From the NCBI GenBank assembly GCA_043803685.1, contig JAZDJU010000043.1, forward strand, positions 1-47,618: 47,618 bases of DNA, in the 5' to 3' direction. The notes beneath the pieces were generated by a model. That model was not told where the DNA came from. It ran no database searches and saw only the letters and a list, made by a program, of their open reading frames with translations. The position numbers and the translations under genes were made by a program. Source of the DNA: Candidatus Omnitrophota bacterium (GTDB lineage: Bacteria; Omnitrophota; Omnitrophia; Omnitrophales; Aquincolibacteriaceae). This document shows, in pieces, positions 6,859 to 17,242 of this stretch (its first letter is position 1; each line of letters starts with the position of its first letter).

Positions 6859-7836
6859 ATGAAAGTAGCTGTTTACTATAACAACCGCGACGTCCGGATC
6901 GAAGAACGTCCTATCCCCAAGACCGGTGAGGGCGAGATCTTGGTCAAGATCAAGGCGAGTGGCATTTGCGGCACCGACGTCATGGAATGGTACCGGATCA
7001 AAAAAGCGCCCCGGATCCTGGGCCACGAGATCGCGGGCGAAATAGTCGAATCCAATTCTCCGAAATACAAAGTGGGCCAGCGGGTTTTTGTCAGCCATCA
7101 CGTCCCATGCTACGACTGCAAATATTGCAACGAAGGACACCACACGGCCTGCGAAACGCTTCACACCGGAAATTTTGATCCGGGCGGTTACTCGGAATTC
7201 GTAAGAGTCCCGAAGATCAATGTCGATCACGGGGTTTATGTCCTTCCGGAGAATATGTCCTACGAAGAAGGCACGATGATCGAACCCTTGGCTTGCGCGC
7301 TCAGGGGACAGGAGGCCATCGGCGTCAAGAAAGGACAAACGGTTCTGATCCTGGGCTGCGGAATCTCGGGCCTGCTGAATATCCGTGTCGCGAAATGGAT
7401 CGGGGCCAAAGTGATCGCTACCGACATGGAAGAATGCCGCAGGGAAAAAGCCAAGGCGTGCGGTGCCGACGAAGTTTACAGCCCGAAAGATCTTCCTCCC
7501 GTAAAAGCGGATAAAGTCATTCTTTGCGCCGGAGCCCTGGCTGCGGTGAAACAGGCCTTCCAGTCCCTTGACCGGAAAGGCACGCTCCTGCTCTTCGCGA
7601 TCCCGGAAACAGACATTCAGCTCCCGACGGTGGACCTGTGGAGAAATGAGATGACGGTAACTTCTTCTTACGGTGCGGCGCCGGAGGATCTGAAAAATTC
7701 ACTGCACTTGATCGCCGAAGGAAAGATCCCCGTCAAGGACATGATTACTTGCCAGTTACCCCTCGACAGAATCCAGGAAGGTTTCCGCCTCGTCACCGAA
7801 GCCAAGCAGACCTTGAAGGTTGTTTTACTTCCTTAA
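6859..7836 (+). CDS. Zn-dependent MDR alcohol/polyol dehydrogenase (iditol/threonine dehydrogenase-like)
   Basis: GICGTD, LGHEIAG, CYDCKYC...C structural Zn site, EPLAC, GCGISG. Confidence 0.92.
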   Translation: MKVAVYYNNRDVRIEERPIPKTGEGEILVKIKASGICGTDVMEWYRIKKAPRILGHEIAGEIVESNSPKYKVGQRVFVSHHVPCYDCKYCNEGHHTACETLHTGNFDPGGYSEFVRVPKINVDHGVYVLPENMSYEEGTMIEPLACALRGQEAIGVKKGQTVLILGCGISGLLNIRVAKWIGAKVIATDMEECRREKAKACGADEVYSPKDLPPVKADKVILCAGALAAVKQAFQSLDRKGTLLLFAIPETDIQLPTVDLWRNEMTVTSSYGAAPEDLKNSLHLIAEGKIPVKDMITCQLPLDRIQEGFRLVTEAKQTLKVVLLP

Positions 7837-7850
7837 AAGAAGAAAACGCC

Positions 7851-9296
7851 TCAGTTCCCGGTCTTCCCCTTCAGTAGCGCCTTTCCACTTCGCGTTTTTT
7901 CCAGCAAGGCAACGCGTTCAAAGACCTTGGGAACTTTGTATTTTGACAGACGCCGATAGCAGAACTTCCGCAAGTCGGACTCATCAAATAGGTCACTCCC
8001 TTTCCTCAACAAAATCTTCGCGACAGGTAGTTGCCCGTAAGAAGGATGATCGACCCCATAGACTTGAACCTCCTCAATCGAGGGATATTGCTGCAGAACA
8101 TTTTCCACTTCCGCTGGGAATATTTTCATCCCCATAAAATTGATCATCTGTTTCTCTCTTCCCATAAGGAAAAGGAACCCCTCAGAATCCAAACGGCCCA
8201 GATCCCCTGTGTTGAACCACCCGTCCGGTTGTAACTCGTGACGTGTTTTCCAAGGAGTGAAGTAGGCATCAAACATGCCGGGGCCTTTTACCTGGATCAC
8301 CCCAATGCCGTCCCCATCCGCCCGATCAATCCTCATCTCAAAACCGGGGAGGATCTTACCGACAGAACCTCGCTTGGTCATTTCACCTGAACTGTTAAGA
8401 CATGGCAGACCGACTTCAATAATCCCGTAAGCTTGCGATAGCTCCACATTAAATTTCTCATAGAACGCACGCGCGATCACTTCGGAAAGACGCGTGGCGG
8501 TAGACACCGCCCGACGGACCCCTGCCAGCATTTCGCGAGTAAAAGCATCTGAGGTTGTCATGGCCTGGTAATGGAAAGGGGTCGCATACATCCATGTGGC
8601 TCTGTGGTCTTTCAGGCCTTTCCACAAAGCCTCCGGGAAATCACGATTGCAAAGAACGATCGTTGCGGATCTTCTTAAAAAAAGAAGGATCGTTACAACG
8701 AAGTGGTAAGCCATCGACAGAACCCAAATAATGATATCGCCCGCCTTCACATCCAATCCGGCTGCGGCAGCATCCGTCCTGGCTAAAATAGCCTCATGCG
8801 AGAGAACCACCCCCTTACTGGAACCGGTCGTCCCGGAGGTGAAACGAATAAAGGCCGGATTTAAAGCAAAATAAGCATCCGGATCGAAGGCTTGCTCCTT
8901 CAAAAAAAATACTGATAAATTCCGATCAAAAAAGGTTCCCGCCAAAACCGGATCCTTTGCCGCTTGCCGATAGATCGTTCTATCATAAATAAGAATATGA
9001 ACACGCATTTCCTTCAACAGGGTTTCGATCTCGAAATCCGAGGAGGGATAAGGCACCGGAACCATCACCGCACCCACTGCCAGCACCGCTAACGTCACGA
9101 CGATATAATCCGTTCCTTCATGACATAAAAGCGCGACCCTCTGTCCCTTTTCAATGCGTTGGCTTCTTAATTCACAAGCCATGCGGTCAACTCCGGCAAA
9201 GAGCTCACGATATGATATGCTCCCGGACACATCTTTCACCGCGGTGGCATGGCCGAAAAGCTCCGTTTCCCGTCTTATAACATCAACAATATTCAT
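7851..9296 (-). CDS. Adenylate-forming acyl-CoA/acyl-ACP ligase (ANL superfamily)
   Basis: FTSGTTGSSKG, AYGIIE, WFNTGDLG, YKVPK, TRSGK. Confidence 0.92.
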   Translation of the reverse strand: MNIVDVIRRETELFGHATAVKDVSGSISYRELFAGVDRMACELRSQRIEKGQRVALLCHEGTDYIVVTLAVLAVGAVMVPVPYPSSDFEIETLLKEMRVHILIYDRTIYRQAAKDPVLAGTFFDRNLSVFFLKEQAFDPDAYFALNPAFIRFTSGTTGSSKGVVLSHEAILARTDAAAAGLDVKAGDIIIWVLSMAYHFVVTILLFLRRSATIVLCNRDFPEALWKGLKDHRATWMYATPFHYQAMTTSDAFTREMLAGVRRAVSTATRLSEVIARAFYEKFNVELSQAYGIIEVGLPCLNSSGEMTKRGSVGKILPGFEMRIDRADGDGIGVIQVKGPGMFDAYFTPWKTRHELQPDGWFNTGDLGRLDSEGFLFLMGREKQMINFMGMKIFPAEVENVLQQYPSIEEVQVYGVDHPSYGQLPVAKILLRKGSDLFDESDLRKFCYRRLSKYKVPKVFERVALLEKTRSGKALLKGKTGN

Positions 9297-10498
9297 TTAT
9301 TTCTTCTTTGGAAAGAATCGCCCGTTCTCAAATATGAAACCGCCGCACAAGCACTTGCCTCCCCAAGAGACATACACGGCCCCATCACACGCGTAGAGGC
9401 TAGTGCGCGGCTCGTAGCAGAAATACACCGTCCCGCCGCAAAAAGATTTGAAACATCCCGCGAACAAAGGCACCCAAGCGGGATATCATAATGATCTCCT
9501 GGTTTGAGATATTGATAGCACGGTCCCTTCTCGCGATCCCAAAATTCGATCGGCCATGCATTTTTCACAACCCCGCCCTTGAATTTCCGCGCCTGCAAAA
9601 CATCTTCTTCCGTCAGAGTATATTCGCCCACCATCCGCAACCCCTCGCGTTCCACAATACTCGTTCCCATCTCCTGGATAGTCGAACTTCGCAACTCCGG
9701 GAGTTTCTCAGACAAATACTGATGCAGCATCACAGCTTTTCCTCTGACGTCTGCGAGATCCTCATCCGGAAGAACACTTATTTGGCAAACCCCCTCCCAC
9801 TCGCGTCCGCTCGGTGTGAATGTCGCAAATCTGTAATAAAGAGCCCAATTCTTTTCTTTCACCGCTTGGGCTATCCAATAGGGCACTTGAACATTAAGCA
9901 TCGCGTTCGAGCCCTGAAGATGTCCCAGATGAAAACTGTATCCTGCAAGCTGACGGTCCTCAAGCGGTGCTATTTCACAGGCGGCGCCACTCAACCGGAT
10001 GGCAGCACCCTCTCCGCTACAATCGATCACCGCGCCAGGGCGGACAACAGACTCACCCTCAGACCCGCGCAGTGTCACTTGGGAGATCTTATCGCCATCC
10101 CTCCGGACCGAAATAACCTGGTTCTTTCGGAGAAGTGTCACGGCGTCCTCAGCGGCCAGCATCAACTCAAAAACATCGCAGAGATCTTTGGGAGAAAACG
10201 GCAAGACATAGACCCGGCCCATTTTGACGATCCCCCTCCCGGGTTCTCTCGTCGTCAAGTGCTCGGAGACCTCCCGAGCGATACCCTCATTGAGCGTCGC
10301 GGAGGGAGTTTCAGCCCCATTCGCGTAAAAACCACAGACATAACGGTGCATACCCACAACAGCTGAACCGCCCAAAAAGTCATTTTTTTCGACAAGGATC
10401 GTTCTCGCTCCGCCACGCGCGGCCGCGATCGCCGCCGCCACCCCGGCCACCCCAGCACCCACCACAAGAACGTCACACCCTTTTGTTTCCGGTCTCAC
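9293..10498 (-). CDS. FAD-dependent oxidoreductase (FAD_oxidored-type family)
   Basis: DVLVVGAGVAG, IDCSGEG, NLFAAGRCISA...STRVMGPCMSLGEA. Confidence 0.88.
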   Translation of the reverse strand: MRPETKGCDVLVVGAGVAGVAAAIAAARGGARTILVEKNDFLGGSAVVGMHRYVCGFYANGAETPSATLNEGIAREVSEHLTTREPGRGIVKMGRVYVLPFSPKDLCDVFELMLAAEDAVTLLRKNQVISVRRDGDKISQVTLRGSEGESVVRPGAVIDCSGEGAAIRLSGAACEIAPLEDRQLAGYSFHLGHLQGSNAMLNVQVPYWIAQAVKEKNWALYYRFATFTPSGREWEGVCQISVLPDEDLADVRGKAVMLHQYLSEKLPELRSSTIQEMGTSIVEREGLRMVGEYTLTEEDVLQARKFKGGVVKNAWPIEFWDREKGPCYQYLKPGDHYDIPLGCLCSRDVSNLFAAGRCISATSRALASTRVMGPCMSLGEASACAAVSYLRTGDSFQRRNK

Positions 10499-11796
10499 AT
10501 TCGCCTCAGCTCCGTGACGATGAGGTTCGCCTCTTCGTCACTCAGCATCCCCTCTAAATAGGACAGCACGACATTTAACTTTCCTTGAAATTGCGTAAAA
10601 AAAACGCCCACACCAGGAGGATTGGGAATTCTTGGCAAGTGACGGATGTTTAATATCTTTTTATCCATAAAACGATCGGCCTTAAAGACCGTTTCCCCCA
10701 TGGACGAAAAAGAAAATGAGGGCGGCAGTTTCCGCAGAAAACTTTGAAGCATACGCTCAAAAAGGGGTAAAGGCAGTATCCTCATCAGCATACTGGCCTG
10801 CTGCAAAAGCCACGGCGTTTTATGCTTCATCTGTTCATAGAGCTGCGCTTTAATGGAGATTATCAACTTGGGCAGATCTTCAAATTCCCCGGCTCGGATC
10901 CTGAAAAAGAAAAAAGACAACTGGTTGAAAAAGATCTTGGCTGGCCCCGCCTCCGATGCGCGCATATCAATGCTGACAGGTATCACCCAATCAGAAGCTC
11001 CGGACTTGCCACTTGAAAGGACACGACTCATGGCCCTTACCGTCACGGCCAAAGCATAAGGCAGGAACATCAAATAACCGGCTTGCGCCGTCGCACGCTC
11101 GATGATCGAGGACGTTTGATCTCGATCGAAAGAGAAGGCCAGAAACCGGTTTGCGAATGCTTTCCCTGATATCTTGGGCGACGTACCGATCGGAAGGTTT
11201 TCCGTCAACTTTATAAAATGGCGATTGATCTTTTTACCCGCATCAAACTTTTCTGCCCACGGGTCCAGATAAGCGGGTTCCAAGGCGACCGGAATTCCCG
11301 CCGCGCATCCTTCGAAAGATGACTGAAACTTTTCCAGAAATAATTCAGCCCCTTGGCCATCAAATAAGCGATGATCGAACGTAAACCCTAAAAAACTTCT
11401 CCCCGCGCATGCCACATGCAACACCTTGAAATATTCGCGGGTCTTCTGAAAAGGCAGGTTCACATCCGACTCTAAGGCTCGATGAGCCTCTTGCTCATCG
11501 ACAACCTGTACGGTGCGAAGATGTAAGGGGATATTCGGTGCCGACGAGGCTATCTTCCAAAAAGGGGCCGGATTAAAATCCCGGGAAGGAGCGCCGCCCA
11601 GATAGGGACAACGCGTCAGAAAGGCTGACAACTGTTCTTTCAGGACTGATGTATGTACAAGACCTTCCAGTTCAAAAACCACCTGGAATTGATTGCCGCA
11701 GCCTGAAGCGCGCCGGGTCATACGATGGAGGACTTGGATCGCCCAATCGATCCCGGTAAGGTAGTGTTTCTTTGAGGAATACGGGATCGAGGCCAT
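10495..11796 (-). CDS. Stand-alone condensation-domain / CoA-dependent acyltransferase-fold protein
   Basis: FDHRLFDGQG (HxxxDG catalytic motif); IPVSIDMR second-lobe motif; 433 aa. Confidence 0.75.
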   Translation of the reverse strand: MASIPYSSKKHYLTGIDWAIQVLHRMTRRASGCGNQFQVVFELEGLVHTSVLKEQLSAFLTRCPYLGGAPSRDFNPAPFWKIASSAPNIPLHLRTVQVVDEQEAHRALESDVNLPFQKTREYFKVLHVACAGRSFLGFTFDHRLFDGQGAELFLEKFQSSFEGCAAGIPVALEPAYLDPWAEKFDAGKKINRHFIKLTENLPIGTSPKISGKAFANRFLAFSFDRDQTSSIIERATAQAGYLMFLPYALAVTVRAMSRVLSSGKSGASDWVIPVSIDMRASEAGPAKIFFNQLSFFFFRIRAGEFEDLPKLIISIKAQLYEQMKHKTPWLLQQASMLMRILPLPLFERMLQSFLRKLPPSFSFSSMGETVFKADRFMDKKILNIRHLPRIPNPPGVGVFFTQFQGKLNVVLSYLEGMLSDEEANLIVTELRRM

Positions 11797-12048
11797 TCAA
11801 CCCATCGCGCTGATTCGCCGGGCCAAAGAGCCCAATGTTTTCACATCCTTAGGGCCAATGCCCGACTCCATCAGCTTCAGGTCAAAGTTCTTCTCGATCA
11901 CTACAAAAAGCTCCACGAGACTCATGGAGTTAAAACCCAAAAGATGCAGAGGTTCGTCGGGAGAGATCTGAGACGATTCGAGAGACAGGATGATCCCTGT
12001 CTCTCGAATCAACGTTTTCAACACTTCTTCCACGCTTCTCAGAGCCAT
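11797..12048 (-). CDS. Acyl/peptidyl carrier protein 3 (atypical GFNSM motif)
   Basis: 83 aa from ATG 12048: PDEPLHLLGFNSMSLVELFVVIEKNFDL...TLGSLA. Confidence 0.82.
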   Translation of the reverse strand: MALRSVEEVLKTLIRETGIILSLESSQISPDEPLHLLGFNSMSLVELFVVIEKNFDLKLMESGIGPKDVKTLGSLARRISAMG

Positions 12049-12055
12049 CGCAATC

Positions 12056-12625
12056 CTATTTCTGGATAAACGCAACCAGCCCTTTATCATCGAATTGAAT
12101 TTCAAAATTGACGAATTTGCTTTTCCAATACGTCCATGTGGAATCCGCCAAAGATTTGGTCCGATGCGTCGGAGGGTAGCCATACGCCATGAGAACGGCA
12201 TCCTTGCTCATCCCCACCGCAAGCGTCCCTGCCTTGATATTTTCCTTTTCCATCGGAGAAAACTTCGCGTAGTCAGCGCCGTCGAGCACGGGACCCGTGG
12301 AAAAATACCGCTCGAACAACTCGTCGCCTGCAACATCCATGAATTTCGGGATGCGGATCAATTTACATTTGATCCCCGTACGGATATCCTTAAATTGAAT
12401 TTCGTTTTTCTTTCGTTTCAGGATCTCCACTTGCGACCCCACCGGCACCATTTCCCCCTTGTGGTAGTTGGTGGTAAAAATCTTATCCGGGAACTCATAC
12501 CAGATATTGACCTTCGTATAACATTTCTCCCCTGGCGCCTTCGCCGCAGAACCTGCGGGAATAAACAGCAAACCGGACAAGACAAAAAACGCGATCCCCA
12601 AAGCCATCTTGCTTAGCGTCTTCAT
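12056..12625 (-). CDS. Secreted hypothetical protein with a BamE/SmpA-like C-terminal motif
   Basis: Signal peptide ending in SAA; GMSKDAVLMAYGYPP...WTYW; SD AAGGAG. Confidence 0.75.
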   Translation of the reverse strand: MKTLSKMALGIAFFVLSGLLFIPAGSAAKAPGEKCYTKVNIWYEFPDKIFTTNYHKGEMVPVGSQVEILKRKKNEIQFKDIRTGIKCKLIRIPKFMDVAGDELFERYFSTGPVLDGADYAKFSPMEKENIKAGTLAVGMSKDAVLMAYGYPPTHRTKSLADSTWTYWKSKFVNFEIQFDDKGLVAFIQK

Positions 12626-12662
12626 GGTTTCTCCTTTATTGTTTTCGTTCGTTACTTCAACA

Positions 12663-13625
12663 CTACTTCTTCAATTTCACACAGCACTTCTGTTGATTAC
12701 AGTCATACTTGATGCAATGGATCTCCCGAATTTCCATCGGGTTTGTTTCCGCAATGGCGCCCGAAGCATAGGCCCTCTGATTTCGCAGCATCAATGCTGC
12801 CGCCACGCATTGGGAACCGCTTCCCGTCATCATACTTCCAAAAATCGGAGAAAAATCAGCAACAGGAATCCCGGGAGCAACGGTCACATCATTCTCGATA
12901 ATGCGCATATCCGGGCATTCCTCAACGCCATCTTCTGCATTAAATGAAACGTCTGAAATAACGCCGTACTTCCTATGGGCGGGATCCGATGTTACCAGAA
13001 AAAAAACACCTCCTTCACCGGGTCCCACCGAGGTCTTACTGCCACAAGCCGAAGCCTGAGAACTTTGACTATAAATAGATTCGAACACTTGGCCGCATTC
13101 TTCCACGCATCCGACAAGAACGCGCTCGCACCGGCCTTCTGCCATCCAAGCCCCCGCAAGGAGAAGAGCTTCCTGAAAAGCAAAATCGAACTGAGTCACC
13201 GTAAGCGTCGGGCCCGTGCATTTTAAGACTTTCGCGATGTAGGACGCCGCGGCATTATGGATCGAATGAGAAAATGTGGTCGGGGAAACACTTGAGTCCC
13301 CGTAATCAAGAATGTCATCCAAAAAACGGAACGTTGTCGCGTGAGGTCCTAGCCCCGTGCAAAGAATGACCCCCATCGCGCCGTTCGAAGCACCACCGTC
13401 TCGGATCGCATCATGGGCCGCCAGTACGGCGATTTTACTGAACCGATCGGCCCGCCGGATATCCCACAAAACTTCCCGGTCCTCGAGAGCTTCCGGAGGA
13501 ATACGATGACAGGATCCGGATACTTTCGGAGGGATGCCACTTCCATTCAGCGCCTGTTCAAACCGCGCGAGACCCCTCCCCTGCGAACACAAAACTCCGA
13601 TCCCGGCAATGTTCATCGGGCCCAT
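12663..13625 (-). CDS. Ketosynthase-like chain-length-factor subunit (non-catalytic)
   Basis: RRADRFSKIAVLAA, SPTTFSHSIHNAAA; the catalytic Cys region reads TVTQFDFAF; no HGTxT. Confidence 0.85.
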   Translation of the reverse strand: MGPMNIAGIGVLCSQGRGLARFEQALNGSGIPPKVSGSCHRIPPEALEDREVLWDIRRADRFSKIAVLAAHDAIRDGGASNGAMGVILCTGLGPHATTFRFLDDILDYGDSSVSPTTFSHSIHNAAASYIAKVLKCTGPTLTVTQFDFAFQEALLLAGAWMAEGRCERVLVGCVEECGQVFESIYSQSSQASACGSKTSVGPGEGGVFFLVTSDPAHRKYGVISDVSFNAEDGVEECPDMRIIENDVTVAPGIPVADFSPIFGSMMTGSGSQCVAAALMLRNQRAYASGAIAETNPMEIREIHCIKYDCNQQKCCVKLKK

Positions 13626-14806
13626 GGAGCTTCTCCGTCAGACTTCGCGCATTCGATCACAAGAGCCGCATTATTCCCGCCGAAACCTAAAGACGTTGAG
13701 ACAGCATAATGCCCCGTCACGGCTGTTTTCGTACGTGTCGGCGCCATAGCGATTCCATCATCAAGCGTTTGAAAACCCGCGCACGGAGGGATCCATCCTT
13801 CATAAAGTGCCGCGGCACTGAACGCGGCCTCCAGGCCTCCTGCCGCGCCAAGCGTGTGTCCCGTAAATCCTTTGGTGGAATAGAACGGAACCTCTTTTCC
13901 AAAAACCCTGGAAAGAACTGCCCCCTCCACGCGATCATTGTCTTGCGTCGCGGTCCCATGAGCATTCACAAAAGAAACATCTTGAGCGCGTATCCCCGCT
14001 TCTGATAAAGCCCCGCGAATGGCTTTTTCCAAGCCCTCGCCTTGCGGAGCAGGAGCCGTCAAATGATGAGCGTCATTGGCCGAGCCGTATCCGCAAAGCC
14101 ACAGGGAAACTTTTTTCCTTCGCGCGTGAGCGCTTTTTCCTGTCTCAAGCACCAAAATCCCTACCCCCTCTCCTAAATTCAGGCCACTCCGGTCTTTATC
14201 GAAAGGCGCGCACAAAGAATCGCTAAGGATCCCCAGCGATCCGAACCCGCACAAAGGCACACGATTCAATTCATCAGCACCGCCTGCAATGGCGACATCG
14301 CACAAGCCCGCTCGCAACCATGACAAAGCAACGCCGATCGCATCAGCACCCGAAGTGCATGCGTTCACCACAGTCAGCGACGGGCCTTGCGTTTTCAGAG
14401 CCGAGGCGACAGCCCCGGAAAGATTGCCGTTCAAATAGCGGGTAACCGGATCCATGGAAACCTTCCCGGATTCACGATAAGTCCTGTAAAATTCAATATC
14501 ATTAAGCTGACTTGCGACCGTCGTCCCAAGACAAACTCCAACACGCCGGGTCGCCAGATCACTCCCCAAGCCGGCTGACCGCAACGCCTCTCCCACGGCA
14601 GACAAACAAAGACCCAACGATCTCATTTGAGATTGATCTTTTCCCTGAAGAAAAGACTTGGCTTCGAAAACAGGATAGCGGAGAGGGGTCGGGAACAAAG
14701 TGACAGGTCCCGCATTTCGTTTCCCCTGCTGAAACGTCTCGAGTGTTTCATGGATATTGCGGCCGGCCGCAGAAAGAACGCCGAGCCCCGTGATCCCGAC
14801 CTTCAT
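13613..14806 (-). CDS. Beta-ketoacyl-ACP synthase (KS3)
   Basis: VNACTSG, NAHGTAT, GHTLGAAG catalytic triad; alternative start 14830. Confidence 0.93.
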   Translation of the reverse strand: MKVGITGLGVLSAAGRNIHETLETFQQGKRNAGPVTLFPTPLRYPVFEAKSFLQGKDQSQMRSLGLCLSAVGEALRSAGLGSDLATRRVGVCLGTTVASQLNDIEFYRTYRESGKVSMDPVTRYLNGNLSGAVASALKTQGPSLTVVNACTSGADAIGVALSWLRAGLCDVAIAGGADELNRVPLCGFGSLGILSDSLCAPFDKDRSGLNLGEGVGILVLETGKSAHARRKKVSLWLCGYGSANDAHHLTAPAPQGEGLEKAIRGALSEAGIRAQDVSFVNAHGTATQDNDRVEGAVLSRVFGKEVPFYSTKGFTGHTLGAAGGLEAAFSAAALYEGWIPPCAGFQTLDDGIAMAPTRTKTAVTGHYAVSTSLGFGGNNAALVIECAKSDGEAPWAR

Positions 14807-14810
14807 CGGT

Positions 14811-15095
14811 TTATTTCCTGGTACTTTCATAGATAAAACGCGAAAGGGTATCTATGGAATAGAATATCTCCCGCCCCCGTTTCATGTCCCGGACATCTAG
14901 CCCGAAATTCCGTTGGAGCAAAACAACGATCTCCACAGCATCGAGCGAATCCAGTCCCAACCCGTCGCCAAAAAGGATCTCATCATCTTTGATCTTGAGG
15001 GGATCCAGCTCATTCAAAAAAGCCAGATTGCTGACAAGCAATTCTTTCAGCTTTTTGCGTATCGTTTCGAGATCCTCACCTTTACTGATCGTCAT
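14811..15095 (-). CDS. Acyl carrier protein 2 (aryl-polyene-type)
   Basis: LFGDGLGLDSLDAVE; SD AAGGAG before ATG 15095. Confidence 0.92.
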   Translation of the reverse strand: MTISKGEDLETIRKKLKELLVSNLAFLNELDPLKIKDDEILFGDGLGLDSLDAVEIVVLLQRNFGLDVRDMKRGREIFYSIDTLSRFIYESTRK

Positions 15096-16023
15096 CCACA
15101 GTCTCCTTTTGCTTGGACCATACATTATGGAACATGAAACACTGATAAGGGAACTTGTTCACAAAGGTCTCCAGCATCGATGCGTAGGCTCCGGCCCATC
15201 GCTGAAGCTGACTTTTTTTATCCTCACCTTTCGCATAAGATGGATATAGGACATTCGACATATCTACGACATACTTACGATCCGACTCCTTTTGGGTCAA
15301 GAGCACCACCACAGGACATCCTGCCGCTGCCGCAATACTAAAAGCCCCGTAGGGGAAATAGGCCTCCGCCCCCAAAAAAGGAACGCCGACGGTATCAAAC
15401 GTATAACTACGGTCCCCCATAATGGAGACCCCATGTCCCTCTTCAAGCGCCTTCATGATCTCAAGCACACCTCCGAGATATTGCTCCGGAGAAATAATTT
15501 CAAGGTGATCGTCCGCATCTCCGACCTTCAAGGTGTCACGAACGGCCCTATTATCCTCTGGCCTCATCACAAGATAAACCTTTTTCCCAAGACACCTTAA
15601 AGCGGTCAGCCCCACCTGCCAATTGCCCACGTGAGCCGTGAGAAGAATAATGCCATGAGACGCATTTTGAACCAACGATTTAAACTGCTCGTAACCACGC
15701 ACCTGGATATCGAACAGCTCCGGCTTCCGCGCTACCACATACCGGTCGATCAGATGCCGCCCCTGGTTCAAAAATAATCGATAAACGTGAAGGTATTGCC
15801 TGATCTTGTTTTCGCCCCTAAATCGCTTTTCGACATAGGCCAAAGCGGCCTGGACAGCCTTTTGATCGAATAACAAATAATGAAGGCATACAAAATATAA
15901 AAAACTGTAAGCTCCACGCAGGCCAAAAATCCGAAATGTTATTTCAAAGAAACCTATCCCGAAAGCATTGCCTCTTCGCTTAACGTGGATCTTGCGGCCC
16001 GCCTCAGCCTGAAGCTCATCCAT
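15082..16023 (-). CDS. LpxL-like lipid acyltransferase
   Basis: LLTAHVGNWQ, IMGDR, FPYGAF, PYQCFMF; start uncertain (16023/16035). Confidence 0.85.
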   Translation of the reverse strand: MDELQAEAGRKIHVKRRGNAFGIGFFEITFRIFGLRGAYSFLYFVCLHYLLFDQKAVQAALAYVEKRFRGENKIRQYLHVYRLFLNQGRHLIDRYVVARKPELFDIQVRGYEQFKSLVQNASHGIILLTAHVGNWQVGLTALRCLGKKVYLVMRPEDNRAVRDTLKVGDADDHLEIISPEQYLGGVLEIMKALEEGHGVSIMGDRSYTFDTVGVPFLGAEAYFPYGAFSIAAAAGCPVVVLLTQKESDRKYVVDMSNVLYPSYAKGEDKKSQLQRWAGAYASMLETFVNKFPYQCFMFHNVWSKQKETVDDDQ

Positions 16024-17242
16024 GAGGGCTCTCATTCGCAAGGGCTTCGCTGCTCAAAATAGTCCGAGCCTTTTTTTCCTGGACAGCCCGCGCAATAAAA
16101 AAAACGCCCATACCCACAGCGACCGCCAGCACGGGCCCAACGATCAGCGAGCCCAACAACCAGTCTGCCAACCAGCCAGGGATATGCCCCAAAACGGCTT
16201 CCCGTGGGACCTCCGTAAGCCAACGCCCATATTTCATATAGTGTCCCACCTCGATGCAGGCGATTGGCACCAACGGTGGATTACACAGATTCTGAATGCT
16301 CACAGCCATGACCTTATTGAGATGCAATCTTGCGGTCACGTAGAGGATCACGATCGTATGAACGAACAAGAGTGGAAGGGTGGCAAGCAGGATCCCGACT
16401 CCCGCTGCCGCAGCCAACCCCTCAGGCGTTGCGTTTTCTTTCAGCAATGTTCTGATGAGTGCCACGGGATGACGAAACACATCGAAGCTGAACTGCTTGG
16501 ACGGATCGTGAACAAGTTTCCGGTGAGGCCACGGAAGAAGACATCGCGCGACCAGAGAGGCATGCATGCAGGAGATACGGAAATTATCCAAAAACGGCTT
16601 AAAATGCGATACGCGCTTCCCTTCTTTAGGATACCAGACATCGATCGCGACCGTCTTGACCATTAAGCCGGCCCACAAAGCCTTGGCCAACACTTCTGTT
16701 TCAAAATCATAATGGGCTCCGGTGAACTTCAAGGCATTCAGATGTCGAACGGGATAAGCGCGGAAGCCACTCTGGCAATCATCCACGGATACCCCCGTTT
16801 CTACACGCAGCCAGAAATTAGCGAAGGTCCTTCCAAATCGACTCCCGGACGGGATATGGGAATAGGAGAAATTACGGCATCCGACAACGAGCGCCGTCTC
16901 ATCGTCTTGTAAAAGAGGAATGAACTTTTCAAGATCCTTCGGGTCATGCTGACCATCTCCATCCACGGTGATCATGAAGCGGCCGCCTTGTTTCGTCACA
17001 TACTTCAAAGCCGTAAGGATCGCCCTTCCTTTCCCCTGGTTGACCTCATGCTTCAGAACGGTAATATCACTTCCTTCTAACAAGGCGGCGACATCCCCAT
17101 CTGTGCTTCCATCATCGACAACGATCACATGATCCAGATGTTGCCGGCAGGCAAGCGCCACATCACGGACCGTCTTCCCGTTGTTATACACGGGGATCAC
17201 GCACCAAATGGATCCCGAAGAACGATCGTTAGGCTGCGGCAT
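16016..17242 (-). CDS. GT2 glycosyltransferase fused to a DUF2062-like membrane domain
   Basis: IPVYNN, VVDDGSTD, NQGKG, DGDGQH, DCQSGFRAYP, then a hydrophobic C-terminal domain (TPEGLAAAAGVG...NPPLVP). Confidence 0.9.
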   Translation of the reverse strand: MPQPNDRSSGSIWCVIPVYNNGKTVRDVALACRQHLDHVIVVDDGSTDGDVAALLEGSDITVLKHEVNQGKGRAILTALKYVTKQGGRFMITVDGDGQHDPKDLEKFIPLLQDDETALVVGCRNFSYSHIPSGSRFGRTFANFWLRVETGVSVDDCQSGFRAYPVRHLNALKFTGAHYDFETEVLAKALWAGLMVKTVAIDVWYPKEGKRVSHFKPFLDNFRISCMHASLVARCLLPWPHRKLVHDPSKQFSFDVFRHPVALIRTLLKENATPEGLAAAAGVGILLATLPLLFVHTIVILYVTARLHLNKVMAVSIQNLCNPPLVPIACIEVGHYMKYGRWLTEVPREAVLGHIPGWLADWLLGSLIVGPVLAVAVGMGVFFIARAVQEKKARTILSSEALANESPHG

